NCBI GenBank assembly: GCA_046341655.1
Contig: JBKDQY010000153.1
Location: 13,856-77,855 of the forward strand
DNA: 64,000 nt
Origin: Betaproteobacteria bacterium
Lineage (GTDB): Bacteria; Pseudomonadota; Gammaproteobacteria; Burkholderiales; Burkholderiaceae_C
Direction of reading: 5' to 3'
Positions within the stretch are counted from its first letter, which is position 1. Each line of letters begins with the position of its first letter. Position numbers and translations under genes: made by a program. The notes under the pieces are model-generated. The model did no database searches. It saw nothing but the letters and a program-made list of their open reading frames with translations, and was not told the origin of the DNA. Below are positions 31,762-41,752 of the stretch, piece by piece.

Positions 31762-33021
31762 TCACGCCTTGGGCATGACCTTGCCCAGTTCGAGCTTGGC
31801 GATGGCGTTGCGGTGCACCTCGTCGGGCCCGTCGGCGAAGCGCAGCGTGCGCGACAAGGTGTAGAAGTAGGCCAGCGGCGTGTCCTGGCTCATGCCGGCG
31901 CCGCCGAAGACCTGCATCGCCCAGTCGATGATCTGGCAGGCCATCTGCGGCGCCACGACCTTGATCATCGCGATCTCGGCCTTGGCGCTCTTGTTGCCCG
32001 CACGGTCCATCATCCAGGCGGCCTTCAGCGTGAGCAGCCGGGCCTGGTCGATCATGCAACGCGCCTCGGCGATGCGCTCCTGCGTCACCGTCTGCTGCGC
32101 GATGGTCTTGCCGAAGGCGGTGCGCGAGACGGCTCGCTCGCACATCAGCCTGAGCGCGCGCTCGGCGATGCCGATCAGCCGCATGCAGTGGTGGATGCGG
32201 CCGGGCCCGAGGCGGCCCTGCGCGATCTCGAAGCCGCGGCCCTCGCCGAGCAGGATGTGGTCGGCCGGCACGCGCACGTTCGCGAAGTCGACCTCCATGT
32301 GGCCGTGCGGCGCGTCGTCGTAGCCGAACACGGTCAGCGGGCGCAGCACGGTAATGCCGGGGGTGTCGGCGGGCACGACGATCATCGACTGCTGCGAGTG
32401 CCGGGGCGCCTGCGGGTCGGTCTTGCCCATGAAGATGTAGACGGCGCAGCGCGGGTCGCCGGCGCCGCTGGTCCACCACTTGCGGCCGTTGATGACGTAG
32501 TGGTCGCCGTCGCGGCGGATGTCGGCCTGGATGTTGGTGGCGTCCGAGCTGGCCACGGCGGGCTCGGTCATCGCGAAGGCGCTGCGGATCTCGCCGGCCA
32601 GCAGCGGCTCGAGCCATCGCTTCTTCAACGCCGGCGTGGCGTAGCGCGCGAACACCTCCATGTTGCCGGTGTCGGGCGCGCTGCAGTTGAAGACCTCGCT
32701 GCTCCAGGGAACCGCACCCATGATCTCGGCCAGCGGTGCGTAGTCCTGGTTGGACAGGCCGAAGCCGTACTCGGATTCGCCGCGCGCCAGGGCCGCCTGC
32801 CCGTCGGCCGTGGGCGGCAGGAACAGGTTCCACAGCCCGGCCGCGCGTGCCTTGGGCTTGAGCCGCTCGATGGTCTCCAGCGGCGTCCAGCGCCGGCCGG
32901 CGCGCGTGTTGGCCTCGATCTCCGCGAAGTAGGCCGGCTCCGCCGGATACACGTGCTCGGCCATGAAGGCGTTGAGCTTGTCGGCCAGCTGCCGGGTGCG
33001 GGGGGAGTACTCGAAGTCCAT
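31762..33021 (-). CDS. Acyl-CoA dehydrogenase, ACAD10/11 (FadE2-like) subtype
   Basis: 419 aa from ATG 33021. [50 protein letters not shown]...[13 protein letters not shown]. Confidence 0.9.
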   Translation of the reverse strand: MDFEYSPRTRQLADKLNAFMAEHVYPAEPAYFAEIEANTRAGRRWTPLETIERLKPKARAAGLWNLFLPPTADGQAALARGESEYGFGLSNQDYAPLAEIMGAVPWSSEVFNCSAPDTGNMEVFARYATPALKKRWLEPLLAGEIRSAFAMTEPAVASSDATNIQADIRRDGDHYVINGRKWWTSGAGDPRCAVYIFMGKTDPQAPRHSQQSMIVVPADTPGITVLRPLTVFGYDDAPHGHMEVDFANVRVPADHILLGEGRGFEIAQGRLGPGRIHHCMRLIGIAERALRLMCERAVSRTAFGKTIAQQTVTQERIAEARCMIDQARLLTLKAAWMMDRAGNKSAKAEIAMIKVVAPQMACQIIDWAMQVFGGAGMSQDTPLAYFYTLSRTLRFADGPDEVHRNAIAKLELGKVMPKA

Positions 33022-33056
33022 GGTGTCGTCTCCTTTGGGATCGGGTGCGTGGGCGC

Positions 33057-34136
33057 TCAGCCGGCGCGCTGCGCGAAGGCCCAGGCCATCTGCGCCAGCG
33101 TGCGCGTGGCGTCGCCGGTGGCTCGGGCCTCGGCGCTCGAGGCGATGCCGTCGACCACGCGCCGCGCGATGCCCTGCGTGATGCTGCCCAGCCTGAACAG
33201 GTTGTAGGCGAGGTAGAAGTTCCAGTCGGCCATCAGCGCGGCCGGGTCGCCGCGGCCGGTGCGCTGCGCATAGCGGCGCACGTACTCGGCCTCGTCGGGA
33301 ATGCCCAGCGAGGCGAGGTCGAGCCCGCCGATGCCACGGAACACGCCCGGCGGGATGTGCCAGGCCATGCAGTGGTAGCTGAAGTCGGCCAGCGGGTGGC
33401 CCAGCGTCGACAGTTCCCAGTCCAGCACGGCCAGCACGCGCGGCTCGGTCGGGTGGAACACCAGGTTGTCGAGTCGGAAGTCGCCGTGCACCACCGAGAC
33501 CTGGGTCTCGTCGCGCGCGCTGGCCGGCAACCGTGCGGGCAGCCACTCGATAAGGCGCTCCATCTCGGGGATGTCCTCGGTGCGCGAGGCCAGGTACTGC
33601 TTGCTCCAGCGGCCGATCTGGCGCTCGAAGTAGCTGCCGGGCTTGCCGTAGTCCGCCAGGCCGGCGGCCGCCACGTCCACCTGGTGCAGCGCGGCGATGA
33701 CGCGGTTCATCTCGTCGTAGATGGCCGCGCGCCCGGCCTGCGTCATGCCCGGCAGGGACTGCTCCCAGAGCACGCGGCCTTCGACGAACTCCATCACGTA
33801 GAAGGCGCGGCCGATGACGGACTCGTCCTCGCACAGCAACTCCATGCGCGGCACGGGGAAGCCGCAGCCGCCGAGCGCCCGCATGACGCGGAACTCGCGC
33901 TCGATGGCGTGTGCCGAGGGCAGCAGCTTGGCCACCGGCCCCGGCTTGCTGCGCAATGCCCAGCGGCGCGAGGGCGTGGCCAGCAGGTAGGTGGGGTTGC
34001 TCTGGCCCCCTTTGAACTGCGACACCTGGAGCGGGCCGGCGAAGCCCGGCAGGTGCTGCGACAGGTGGCGCTCGAGCGCGGCCACGTCGAAGGCGTGGCT
34101 CTCGGCCATGGGCCGGGTGCCGGTGAAGCGCTCCAT
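33057..34136 (-). CDS. Phosphotransferase (APH/ChoK-like kinase) family protein
   Basis: 359 aa. [31 protein letters not shown] (catalytic HGD.R.DN), [15 protein letters not shown]. Confidence 0.85.
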   Translation of the reverse strand: MERFTGTRPMAESHAFDVAALERHLSQHLPGFAGPLQVSQFKGGQSNPTYLLATPSRRWALRSKPGPVAKLLPSAHAIEREFRVMRALGGCGFPVPRMELLCEDESVIGRAFYVMEFVEGRVLWEQSLPGMTQAGRAAIYDEMNRVIAALHQVDVAAAGLADYGKPGSYFERQIGRWSKQYLASRTEDIPEMERLIEWLPARLPASARDETQVSVVHGDFRLDNLVFHPTEPRVLAVLDWELSTLGHPLADFSYHCMAWHIPPGVFRGIGGLDLASLGIPDEAEYVRRYAQRTGRGDPAALMADWNFYLAYNLFRLGSITQGIARRVVDGIASSAEARATGDATRTLAQMAWAFAQRAG

Positions 34137-34188
34137 GCTCGGGGTCTCCGTGTCGTGGTGGATGGGCCGGCGCCGCGCCCTCAGCGGC

Positions 34189-34902
34189 TCAGCGTTCGGC
34201 GGCGGCCATCAGCTTCTCTCGCGAGACCACCACCAGGCGTGTCGGCTCGACGCGCACCGCGCCGTCGCGCTCGAAGCCCTTGAGCTCCTGGTTCACGCGC
34301 TGGCGCGAGGCGCCGAGCAGCTGGGCCAGGTCCTCCTGGGCGAGCGCCAGCCCGATGCGGATCTCGCTGCCCTCGGGCCCGTGCGCGACGCCGTAGCTGC
34401 GCGCCAGCAGCAGCAACTGCTTGGCCAGGCGCGCCTGCAGCGGGCGGGTGTTGAGGTCTTCGAAGCTGTCGAACATGAGCCGCAGGCGGCGACAGTTCAG
34501 GCGAAGCAACGCGTCGTACAGCTCCACGTGGCGTTGCAGCAGGGCACGGAAATCGGCCTTGCGCACGGTCAGCAGCGTCGTCGGGCCGTGGGCGTCGGCA
34601 TCGTGGGTGCGGGGCAGGCCGTCGAACAGCGCGATGTCGCCGAACCAGGTGCCCGGCTCGGCGTAGGTGAGCGTGACCTGCTTGCCCGACAGCGACACCG
34701 AGCTGATGCGCACCGCGCCCCGCGCCACGCCGCACCATTCCTCGGCCGGTGCGCCGCGACTGGCCAGCGGCTCGCCGGCGGCGAGCCGCCGCACCGAGGC
34801 GCGCGAGAGGATGTCCGCGCGCAGGGAGGCCGAGAGCTTGCTGAACCACGCGCCGCTGTCGATGTTGTGCTGTTCGTCGAGTGTAAGGACCGGGGTATTC
34901 AT
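34189..34902 (-). CDS. Crp/Fnr-family transcriptional regulator
   Basis: 237 aa from ATG 34902. cNMP-binding-like beta-roll (GTWFGDIALFDG) and C-terminal HTH (QEDLAQLLGASRQRVNQELKGFE). Confidence 0.8.
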   Translation of the reverse strand: MNTPVLTLDEQHNIDSGAWFSKLSASLRADILSRASVRRLAAGEPLASRGAPAEEWCGVARGAVRISSVSLSGKQVTLTYAEPGTWFGDIALFDGLPRTHDADAHGPTTLLTVRKADFRALLQRHVELYDALLRLNCRRLRLMFDSFEDLNTRPLQARLAKQLLLLARSYGVAHGPEGSEIRIGLALAQEDLAQLLGASRQRVNQELKGFERDGAVRVEPTRLVVVSREKLMAAAER

Positions 34903-34963
34903 GGCTTGTCGTGCGCGCGACAGGCGCGCAGCATGCATTGTCGTCCTGCCCAATGCGCCACCG

Positions 34964-35749
34964 ATGAGCACCCAGCCCGCATCCGCCCATGCCCGCCCCG
35001 CCCACGTCGACGACACCGAGTGGCGGCTGCGCTGCGACCTCGCCGCCGCCTACCGGCTGGTGGCGATGTTCGGGTGGGACGATCTCGTCTTCACGCACAT
35101 CAGCGCGCGCGTCGACGACGCCCGGGGCGAGCCCACCGGCGCCTTCCTCATCAACCCCTACGGCCTGATGTTCGAGGAGATGACCGCATCGAGCCTCGTG
35201 AAGGTGGATGCGCGTGGCGTCAAGCTCGAGGACTCGCCGCACGCCGTGAACCCGGCCGGCTTCGTGATCCACAGCGCCGTGCACGAGGCCCGGCACGACG
35301 TCGGCTGCGTGCTTCACACCCACACCCTCAACGGCGTGGCGGTGTCCGCGCAGCGGGGCGGGCTGCTGCCGATCTCGCAGCACTCGATCTTCGTGCTCTC
35401 GTCGCTCGGCTACCACGACTACGAGGGCGTGGCCCTGCGCGACGACGAGAAGCCGAGGCTGGTGGCCGACCTCGGCACGAACACGAACCTGATGCTGCGC
35501 AATCACGGCCTGTTGACCGTGGGCCGCACGGTCGCGGACGCCTTCCTGGCGATGTACTTCTTCGAGGCCTCGTGCAGCATCCAGGTGCGCGCCCAGGCCG
35601 GCGGCGGCGAACTCGTCGCCATCGAGCCCGGCATCGTGGCCACCGCCCGGCAGCAGGCCGGCACGGCCACCCGCGGCCAGGGTGCGCAACTGGCGTGGCC
35701 CGGGCTGTTGCGGCGGCTGTCGAATCGGTTCCCGGGCTGGGACTGCTGA
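34964..35749 (+). CDS. Class II aldolase/adducin-family protein
   Basis: 261 aa from ATG 34964. THISARV, GFVIHSAVHEARHDVGCVLHTHT, LRNHGLLTVG. Confidence 0.85.
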   Translation: MSTQPASAHARPAHVDDTEWRLRCDLAAAYRLVAMFGWDDLVFTHISARVDDARGEPTGAFLINPYGLMFEEMTASSLVKVDARGVKLEDSPHAVNPAGFVIHSAVHEARHDVGCVLHTHTLNGVAVSAQRGGLLPISQHSIFVLSSLGYHDYEGVALRDDEKPRLVADLGTNTNLMLRNHGLLTVGRTVADAFLAMYFFEASCSIQVRAQAGGGELVAIEPGIVATARQQAGTATRGQGAQLAWPGLLRRLSNRFPGWDC

Positions 35750-35899
35750 CGCTTCCCGACAACGCCGGGCCTCACCCAGTCCGCCAGGGCAAGACATAAG
35801 CCACGCTTGGGAGCCGCCGTGCGGCCTTGTCCGGAGCAGTGACGCTGGCGTCCTCTGCTAGAGTGAATCGAGCGCTCGAACCCGACACCAGCCCATCGC

Positions 35900-38077
35900 A
35901 TGCAACGCCGCCGGTCCACGTTCGCAAGGAGCGCGGGCGGCGCCCTTTCCGGGGTGTCGGCCCTGATGCTGCTGGCGTGGTCCGTCCAGGCCGGGGCCGC
36001 CGGGCTGGGGCTGGGCGACGCCGGCGCAACCATGGGCCAGCCGCTCAACTTCGCCGTGGCCGTGCGCCTGGACCCCGGCGAGGCACTGAGTCCCGAGTGC
36101 GTGGGGGCAGAGGTCGTCGTCGGCGACCGCCGGGTGCCACCGCCCCTGGTGCGCACCGTGATCGAGATGACCAGCGCCACCACGGCACGCGTGCGCGTGC
36201 TGACCCAGAGCAGTGTCGACGAGCCCGTGGTGCAGGTGCAGCTGGGCGTGGGCTGCAGCAACCGCATCTCGCGCAGCTACGTGGTGCTGGCCGATCCGCC
36301 GGGCACCAGCCTGGCGCCACCGCCGTCTCTGCCACCCGCGCTGGCGCAGGCGGCCAGCCCGCCCGCGGTCGCCGTGCAGGAGCCGGCTGCCCCGGCGCCG
36401 AGGGCCTCTGCCTCAGAGCCCCCGGGTGCGCTGCCGGCCCAGGCAGCGGCGCTCACGCCCGAGCAGATCCGTGCCCGCGACGAGCGCAGCGCGCGCCAGC
36501 GCGAGCAGCGGCTGGCCAGGCAGCGCGCCGCCCGCGAGGCGCGCGAGGCGCGTCAGCGCACCGAATCCGGGCGGTCTGCCGCCACGCCGCGCCTGCAAAT
36601 CGACCTGACCGAGCCTGCGCCCAGCCGCAGTGCCGGGACCGCCCAGTCCGAGGCCCTGGCCCGGGCCCTGGCCGCCGCGGCCGAGGCCACCAGCGCTGCC
36701 GAGGCCGCGGCCTCGGCCGCCTCGGCCTCGGCGCTGCGTGTGGCGTCGCTCGAGCAGCAGCTGGCGCAGCTTCGCATCGAGGGCAAGTCCAGCCGTGACC
36801 TCGTCAGCGCGCTGCGCGAGCAGCTCGTCGAGGCGCGCGCGTCCTCGCTGTGGACGACGCCGCTGACCCTGGCCTCCCTGCTGCTGGCCGCGCTGGCGGC
36901 CTGGCTGGCCTGGCGCCTGGGCCGCGTGCAGGCCGCGCAGCGCCAGCAGTGGCAGAAGGCTGCTGCCGGATTCGGCGGCAACGGACCGGCCACCTCGGTA
37001 TCGGGCATGGGCGGCTTCGACGCACCCTCGACGCGCTCACGCTCTTCCCCGCCCCCGTTCCTCGGCCCCGAGGCGCGCAGCACCGTCATCGTCAGTCCCG
37101 AGGCCCCCGCCGTGCCGGCCACCGTTGCGCTGCCCAAGGCTGCGGCCGCGGCGCGCGCCAACCGGGCCTGGCCGCCGCCGGCGCCGCCAGTGGCCTGGCC
37201 GGCGCCGCCTACCACGCTGTCGCCCGATGAGGCACCCGTGACGGTGCCCGGCCTGCACCCCGACGTGAAGGGCGCCATGCGGCCGGCGGACTCGCCCCTG
37301 TTCGAGCCCGACACCCAGGCCGAGCCACCGATGCAGCGCACCAACACGTTGCCTGCAGGTGGCCGCAGCGACGAGACCTCGCCGCGCGACGTGTCCATCG
37401 AGGAGTTGATCGACCTCGAGCAGCAGGCCGAGTTCTTCGTGGTGCTCGGCCAGGACGAGGCCGCCGTGGACCTGCTGGTGGAGCACCTGCGCACCACCGG
37501 CGGCGGCAGCCCGCTTCCCTACCTGAAGCTGCTGGAGATCCACCGCCGCCGCGGCGATCACGAGGCCTACGAGCGCACGCGCCAGCGCTTCAACCACCGC
37601 TTCAACGCCTACGCCCCCGAGTGGGGTGTCGACCTGACCACCGGCCGCTCGCTGGAGGACTACGTCGGCGTCATCCCCCGGCTTCAGCAAGTGTGGGCGC
37701 GACCGCTGGATGCCATGGCCGAACTCGAGGCGCTGCTGTTCCGCAAGAGCCGTGGCGAGCTGTTCGAGCTGCCGGCATACCGCGAGGTGCTGTTCCTGTA
37801 CGCACTGGCCAGGGATCTGCTCGACCGCTCGGCCGTCGATACCGGCAGCGTGGACCTGCTGCTGCCCATGCGAGACCTCGAAGACGAGGGCGCGGGCGAC
37901 GGGAACTCGGCGGCGACACCCCTCGGGCTCGAGCACGACGCCTTCAAGGACACGATGCCGCCGGAGGACATGCTGCCCGCCTCGCCGCTGGACTTCGACG
38001 TCACGAACTCCGATCCGCCAACCAGCATCTTCCGCCTGATCGGCGAAGAGAAGCGCTCGCGCGATCCGCGCAAGTGA
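35900..38077 (+). CDS. FimV/HubP-family-like envelope protein (N-terminal FimV domain, long low-complexity middle, one TM, C-terminal FimV-like motif)
   Basis: 725 aa. Signal peptide. LGLGDAGATMGQPLNFAVAV...VRVLTQSSVDEPVVQVQLGVGCSNRISRSYVVLADPP parallels the FimV N-domain. TM helix WTTPLTLASLLLAALAAWLAW. C-terminal IDLEQQAEFFVVLGQDEAAVDLLVEHL resembles the FimV C-terminal motif. Confidence 0.6.
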   Translation: MQRRRSTFARSAGGALSGVSALMLLAWSVQAGAAGLGLGDAGATMGQPLNFAVAVRLDPGEALSPECVGAEVVVGDRRVPPPLVRTVIEMTSATTARVRVLTQSSVDEPVVQVQLGVGCSNRISRSYVVLADPPGTSLAPPPSLPPALAQAASPPAVAVQEPAAPAPRASASEPPGALPAQAAALTPEQIRARDERSARQREQRLARQRAAREAREARQRTESGRSAATPRLQIDLTEPAPSRSAGTAQSEALARALAAAAEATSAAEAAASAASASALRVASLEQQLAQLRIEGKSSRDLVSALREQLVEARASSLWTTPLTLASLLLAALAAWLAWRLGRVQAAQRQQWQKAAAGFGGNGPATSVSGMGGFDAPSTRSRSSPPPFLGPEARSTVIVSPEAPAVPATVALPKAAAAARANRAWPPPAPPVAWPAPPTTLSPDEAPVTVPGLHPDVKGAMRPADSPLFEPDTQAEPPMQRTNTLPAGGRSDETSPRDVSIEELIDLEQQAEFFVVLGQDEAAVDLLVEHLRTTGGGSPLPYLKLLEIHRRRGDHEAYERTRQRFNHRFNAYAPEWGVDLTTGRSLEDYVGVIPRLQQVWARPLDAMAELEALLFRKSRGELFELPAYREVLFLYALARDLLDRSAVDTGSVDLLLPMRDLEDEGAGDGNSAATPLGLEHDAFKDTMPPEDMLPASPLDFDVTNSDPPTSIFRLIGEEKRSRDPRK

Positions 38078-38101
38078 TCGGCGCGGGCAGGGCGCCCCGG
38101 G

Positions 38102-39268
38102 TCATAGCCGTGCCAGGCGCTCGATGGCGCGCTGCAGCGTGTCGTCTTTCTTGGCGAAGCACAGCCGGGCCAGTCGCTGCTCGAAGCCGCCCTCGTAGAA
38201 GGCGCTCAGCGGGATCGCGGCGACGCCCGCCTCGGTGGTGAGCCAGCGGCAGAAGGCGAGCTCGTCGAGGTCGCTCACCGCCGAGTAGTCCACCAGCTGG
38301 AAGTAGCTGCCCTCGCTGGGCAGCAGGCGCAGTCGCGAGCGGGCCAGGCCGGCGCGGAAGAGGTCGCGCTTGCGTTGGTAGAAGCCGGGCAGCCCCGTGT
38401 AGGGCGCGGGGTCTGCCAGGTAGCGTGCGAGGCCGTGCTGCACCGGCGTGTTGACGGTGAACACGTTGAACTGGTGCACCTTCCGGAACTCGGCCGTCAG
38501 CGCCGCCGGCGCGGCCACCGTGCCCACCTTCCAGCCCGTGACGTGGAAGGTCTTGCCGAAGCTCGACACCACGAAGGCGCGCGCGGCCAGCGCCGGGATG
38601 CTGCTGGCGCTGACGTGGGGCTGGCCGTCGAACACCATGTGCTCGTAGACCTCGTCGCTGATCAGCAGGGCCTCGGTGGGTGCCAGCAGCGAAGAGAGGA
38701 GCTGCCACTCGGCCTGCGTCCAGACCGTGGCGCTGGGGTTGTGCGGGCTGTTGACGATGATCAGCCGCGTGCGCGGCGTCAGCGCGGCGGCGATGCGCGC
38801 GAAGTCGGGCCGGAAGCTGCCCGGCGTGAGCGGCACGCGCACCACGCGTCCGCCGGCGAGCTCGATGTTGGGGGCGTAGCTGTCGTAGCAGGGCTCGAGA
38901 ACGATGACCTCGTCGCCCGGGTGCACGACGGCCAGGATGGCCGTGAGGATGGCCTGGGTGGCGCCGGCGGTGATGGTGATCTCGGTGTCGGCGTCGTAGC
39001 GTCGGCCGTAAAGCGCCGCGATCTTGTCGGCCACGCGCTGCCGCAGCAGCGGCACGCCGGCCATCGGCGGGTACTGGTTCAGGCCCTCGCGCATGGCGGC
39101 CTGCACGGCGTCGAGCAGGGCCGGGTCGCAGTCGAAGTCGGGGAAGCCCTGCCCGAGGTTGACCGCGCCGTGCTCGGCGGCCAGCGCCGACATCACGGTG
39201 AAGATGGTGGTGCCCACCTGCGGCAGGCGGCTCGTGAGCGTGGGCGTGCGGACGGCGGTCTCGGCCAT
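38102..39268 (-). CDS. ybdL: PLP-dependent methionine/glutamine aminotransferase
   Basis: 388 aa colinear with E. coli YbdL: LPQVGTTIFTVMSALA, NLGQGFPDFD, NSPHNPSATVW, SSFGKTFHVTGWKVG. Confidence 0.9.
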   Translation of the reverse strand: MAETAVRTPTLTSRLPQVGTTIFTVMSALAAEHGAVNLGQGFPDFDCDPALLDAVQAAMREGLNQYPPMAGVPLLRQRVADKIAALYGRRYDADTEITITAGATQAILTAILAVVHPGDEVIVLEPCYDSYAPNIELAGGRVVRVPLTPGSFRPDFARIAAALTPRTRLIIVNSPHNPSATVWTQAEWQLLSSLLAPTEALLISDEVYEHMVFDGQPHVSASSIPALAARAFVVSSFGKTFHVTGWKVGTVAAPAALTAEFRKVHQFNVFTVNTPVQHGLARYLADPAPYTGLPGFYQRKRDLFRAGLARSRLRLLPSEGSYFQLVDYSAVSDLDELAFCRWLTTEAGVAAIPLSAFYEGGFEQRLARLCFAKKDDTLQRAIERLARL

Positions 39269-39278
39269 GGGATGGGTG

Positions 39279-40223
39279 CTAGAGGTTGAAGTCGGTGCCG
39301 TCGCCCTGCATCGCCCGCTCGATCAGCGGTTGCGACAGCCGCGGCGACAGGAGTTCGGCGAAGGCCACCACGTAGCGTCGCAGCCAGGCGCCGCGCTTGA
39401 AGGCCACGCGGGTGAGGTTGCTGCCGAACAGGTGGCCCAGCGGCCGCGCCACCAGGTCGGTGTCGGGGCGCTCGGCGGCCATCGCGCCCTCGGCGACGAT
39501 GCCGATGCCCAGCCCGAGGCGGACGTAGGTCATGATGACGTCGGAATCGATGGCCTCGAGCGCCACCCGGGGGCTGAGGTGGGCGCGTGCGAAGGCCTGG
39601 TCGATGCGCGTCCGCCCGGTCACGGTGGGGTGGTACAGCACCAGCGGCTCGGCGGCCAGCTGCTCGAGCGTGGGGCGCTCCACCGACGCCAGCGGGTGCG
39701 ACGGCGGGACCACCAGCACGTGCTGCCACTCGTAGCAGGGCAGGGTCACCAGGCCATCGTGCCCCGCCAGGGCCTCGGTGGCAACGCCTATCACGGCCAC
39801 GTCGTCGAGCAGCAGCCGCGCCACCTGCTCGGGCATGCCCTGGTGCAACTGCACCTGAACCTTGGGGAATCGCCGTCGCAGCTCGGCCACCGGTCCCGGC
39901 AGGAAGTAGCGCGCCTGGGTGTGCGTGGTGGCGATGGACAGCAGCCCTGCATCCTGCTTGGAGAACTCCTCGCCGATGCGCTTGAGGTTGGCCAGCTCGC
40001 GCAGGATGATGTCCACCGAGCGCAGCACCTGCTGCCCAGGCTCGGTGACGCGCCGTATGCGCTTGCCGTGGCGCGCGAAGATCTCGACGCCGAGTTCCTC
40101 CTCGAGCTCGATGATGGCCTTGCTGATGCCTGGCTGCGAGGTGTGCAGCGCCTTCGCCGCCTCGGTCAGGTTGAGGTTGCGGCGCACCGCCTCCTGCACA
40201 AAGCGGAACTGCTGCAGGTTCAT
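39279..40223 (-). CDS. cysB: LysR-type regulator of the CysB/Cbl subfamily
   Basis: 314 aa from ATG 40223. MNLQQFRFVQEAVRRNLNLTEAAKALHTSQPGISKAIIELEEELGVEIF is the CysB-type HTH. Confidence 0.8.
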   Translation of the reverse strand: MNLQQFRFVQEAVRRNLNLTEAAKALHTSQPGISKAIIELEEELGVEIFARHGKRIRRVTEPGQQVLRSVDIILRELANLKRIGEEFSKQDAGLLSIATTHTQARYFLPGPVAELRRRFPKVQVQLHQGMPEQVARLLLDDVAVIGVATEALAGHDGLVTLPCYEWQHVLVVPPSHPLASVERPTLEQLAAEPLVLYHPTVTGRTRIDQAFARAHLSPRVALEAIDSDVIMTYVRLGLGIGIVAEGAMAAERPDTDLVARPLGHLFGSNLTRVAFKRGAWLRRYVVAFAELLSPRLSQPLIERAMQGDGTDFNL

Positions 40224-40606
40224 GCCGCGGGCTCCGCGGCCGGCAGCCGGGCCAGCGCGGCGGCGGCCATCGCGGCAACGACGCTGTCGATCTCGCCCAC
40301 CGCGGGCTGCAGCGCCACCTGAAGGCCGGCGTGGGCGGCGCGCAGCTCGTCCAGCAGCAGGGGCAGGTCCTGGCGGACGTGGCCCCCGGCGCCCAGGAAC
40401 ATCGGCAGCACCGTCAGGTGCGAGCAGCCCGCGGCGACGAGCTCGCTGCCGGCCTCGTGCAGCGTGGGTGCCATGAACTCCAGGAAGGCCAGCCGCACCG
40501 GCAGGCCGGGCCGAGCCGCGCGCACCGTGGCGGCCACGGCCTCGAACGGCGCGGCCCAGCGAGGGTCGCGCGCGCCGTGGGCAAAGAGGATCAGGCCGTG
40601 CGTCAT
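40220..40606 (-). CDS. cbiX: CbiX/SirB-type (short) sirohydrochlorin chelatase
   Basis: 128 aa. GLILFAHGARDPRW...LTVLPMFLGAGGHV is the CbiX-small pattern. The stop overlaps the cysB start by 4 nt. Confidence 0.75.
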   Translation of the reverse strand: MTHGLILFAHGARDPRWAAPFEAVAATVRAARPGLPVRLAFLEFMAPTLHEAGSELVAAGCSHLTVLPMFLGAGGHVRQDLPLLLDELRAAHAGLQVALQPAVGEIDSVVAAMAAAALARLPAAEPAA

Positions 40607-40624
40607 GGGGCAGGAGGTGGGGCG

Positions 40625-41752
40625 TCAGCGGTAGCGGACCAGCCACGCGAACGCGGCCATCGACATCAGCAGGTACACCAGGCTGGGCACCGCGGCGGCC
40701 ACCCAGGGCGTCCAGCCCTGCAGGTTGCCGACGTGGCCCGTCAGATTGTTCAGCAGCACGAAGCTGATGCCCAGCATGATGCCGCCAAAGACCTTCAGGC
40801 TCACGCCCCCGGCGCGTGCATGCAGGTAGGCGAAGGGCAGGGCCAGCGCCATCATCACCAGGCACGACAGCGGGTACAGCGCCTTGCGCCAGAAGCGGAT
40901 GCGCTGGCTCTGGCTGGCCTGCTCCTGGTGCGAGAGGTGCTCGCTGTAGCGCCACAGCTCCAGCGTGCTCATGGTGCTCACGGGCAGCACGGCGGCGGCC
41001 ACGACGCCCTCGTCCAGCGTGCTGGCCCACTCCAGCGTGGCGTGGCGGCTGACCTCCACGCGCGGCGGCCCGTCCGCCCGCGCGGACGGCCAGCGGGTGA
41101 GCTCGGCGTCGCTGAGCGTCCAGGTGCCGTCGCGGTCCACGCGGGCCTGCGGCGCCGCGATGCGCGCGACCAGCGCGCCGTCGTCGTCGAACTCGAAGAT
41201 GCGCACGCCCAGCAGCGTGCCGCCGCTGCCGGTGGCCGAGACGTTGACCGACACGTTGCGCCCGCCCGGCTTGCCGGTGCCGCCGGCGCCGTCGCGCCGC
41301 TCCTTCAGCCAGGCCCCCGCGCCGCCGATCGACAGGCCGCCGGAAAAGCGCGCCTTGAGCTGCACGCCCTGGCGCTCGGACCAGGGCGCGACGAAGTCGC
41401 CGACGACGAAGGTCGCGGCGCCGAAGGCCACCCCCAGCGTCGCCAGCAGCGCCAGCGCCCGCCCGGGGCCCAGGCCGCCGGTGCGCAGGATGGTGAACTC
41501 GGAGGTCTGCGCCAGCCGCGACAGCGTGTAGATGCTGCCGATGAGCACGGCGATAGGCATCAGCTCGTACAGGTGGCCGGGCAGCTCGAGCAGCGCCGCC
41601 AGCGCCGCGTGCCAGGCCGTGCGCCCGCGCTGGCCCACGCCTTCGAGCGCGTCGACGAAGTCGACGAAGAAGAACAACGACAGGAAGGCCAGCGCCACGA
41701 ACAGCACCGAGGCGACGATGTCGCGGTAGAGCAGGGCGCGGACGGTCCTCAT
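40625..41752 (-). CDS. lptG: LPS export ABC permease LptG
   Basis: YjgP/YjgQ-family topology; second gene of the pair. ATG 41752 overlaps the lptF stop (ATGA). Confidence 0.85.
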   Translation of the reverse strand: MRTVRALLYRDIVASVLFVALAFLSLFFFVDFVDALEGVGQRGRTAWHAALAALLELPGHLYELMPIAVLIGSIYTLSRLAQTSEFTILRTGGLGPGRALALLATLGVAFGAATFVVGDFVAPWSERQGVQLKARFSGGLSIGGAGAWLKERRDGAGGTGKPGGRNVSVNVSATGSGGTLLGVRIFEFDDDGALVARIAAPQARVDRDGTWTLSDAELTRWPSARADGPPRVEVSRHATLEWASTLDEGVVAAAVLPVSTMSTLELWRYSEHLSHQEQASQSQRIRFWRKALYPLSCLVMMALALPFAYLHARAGGVSLKVFGGIMLGISFVLLNNLTGHVGNLQGWTPWVAAAVPSLVYLLMSMAAFAWLVRYR

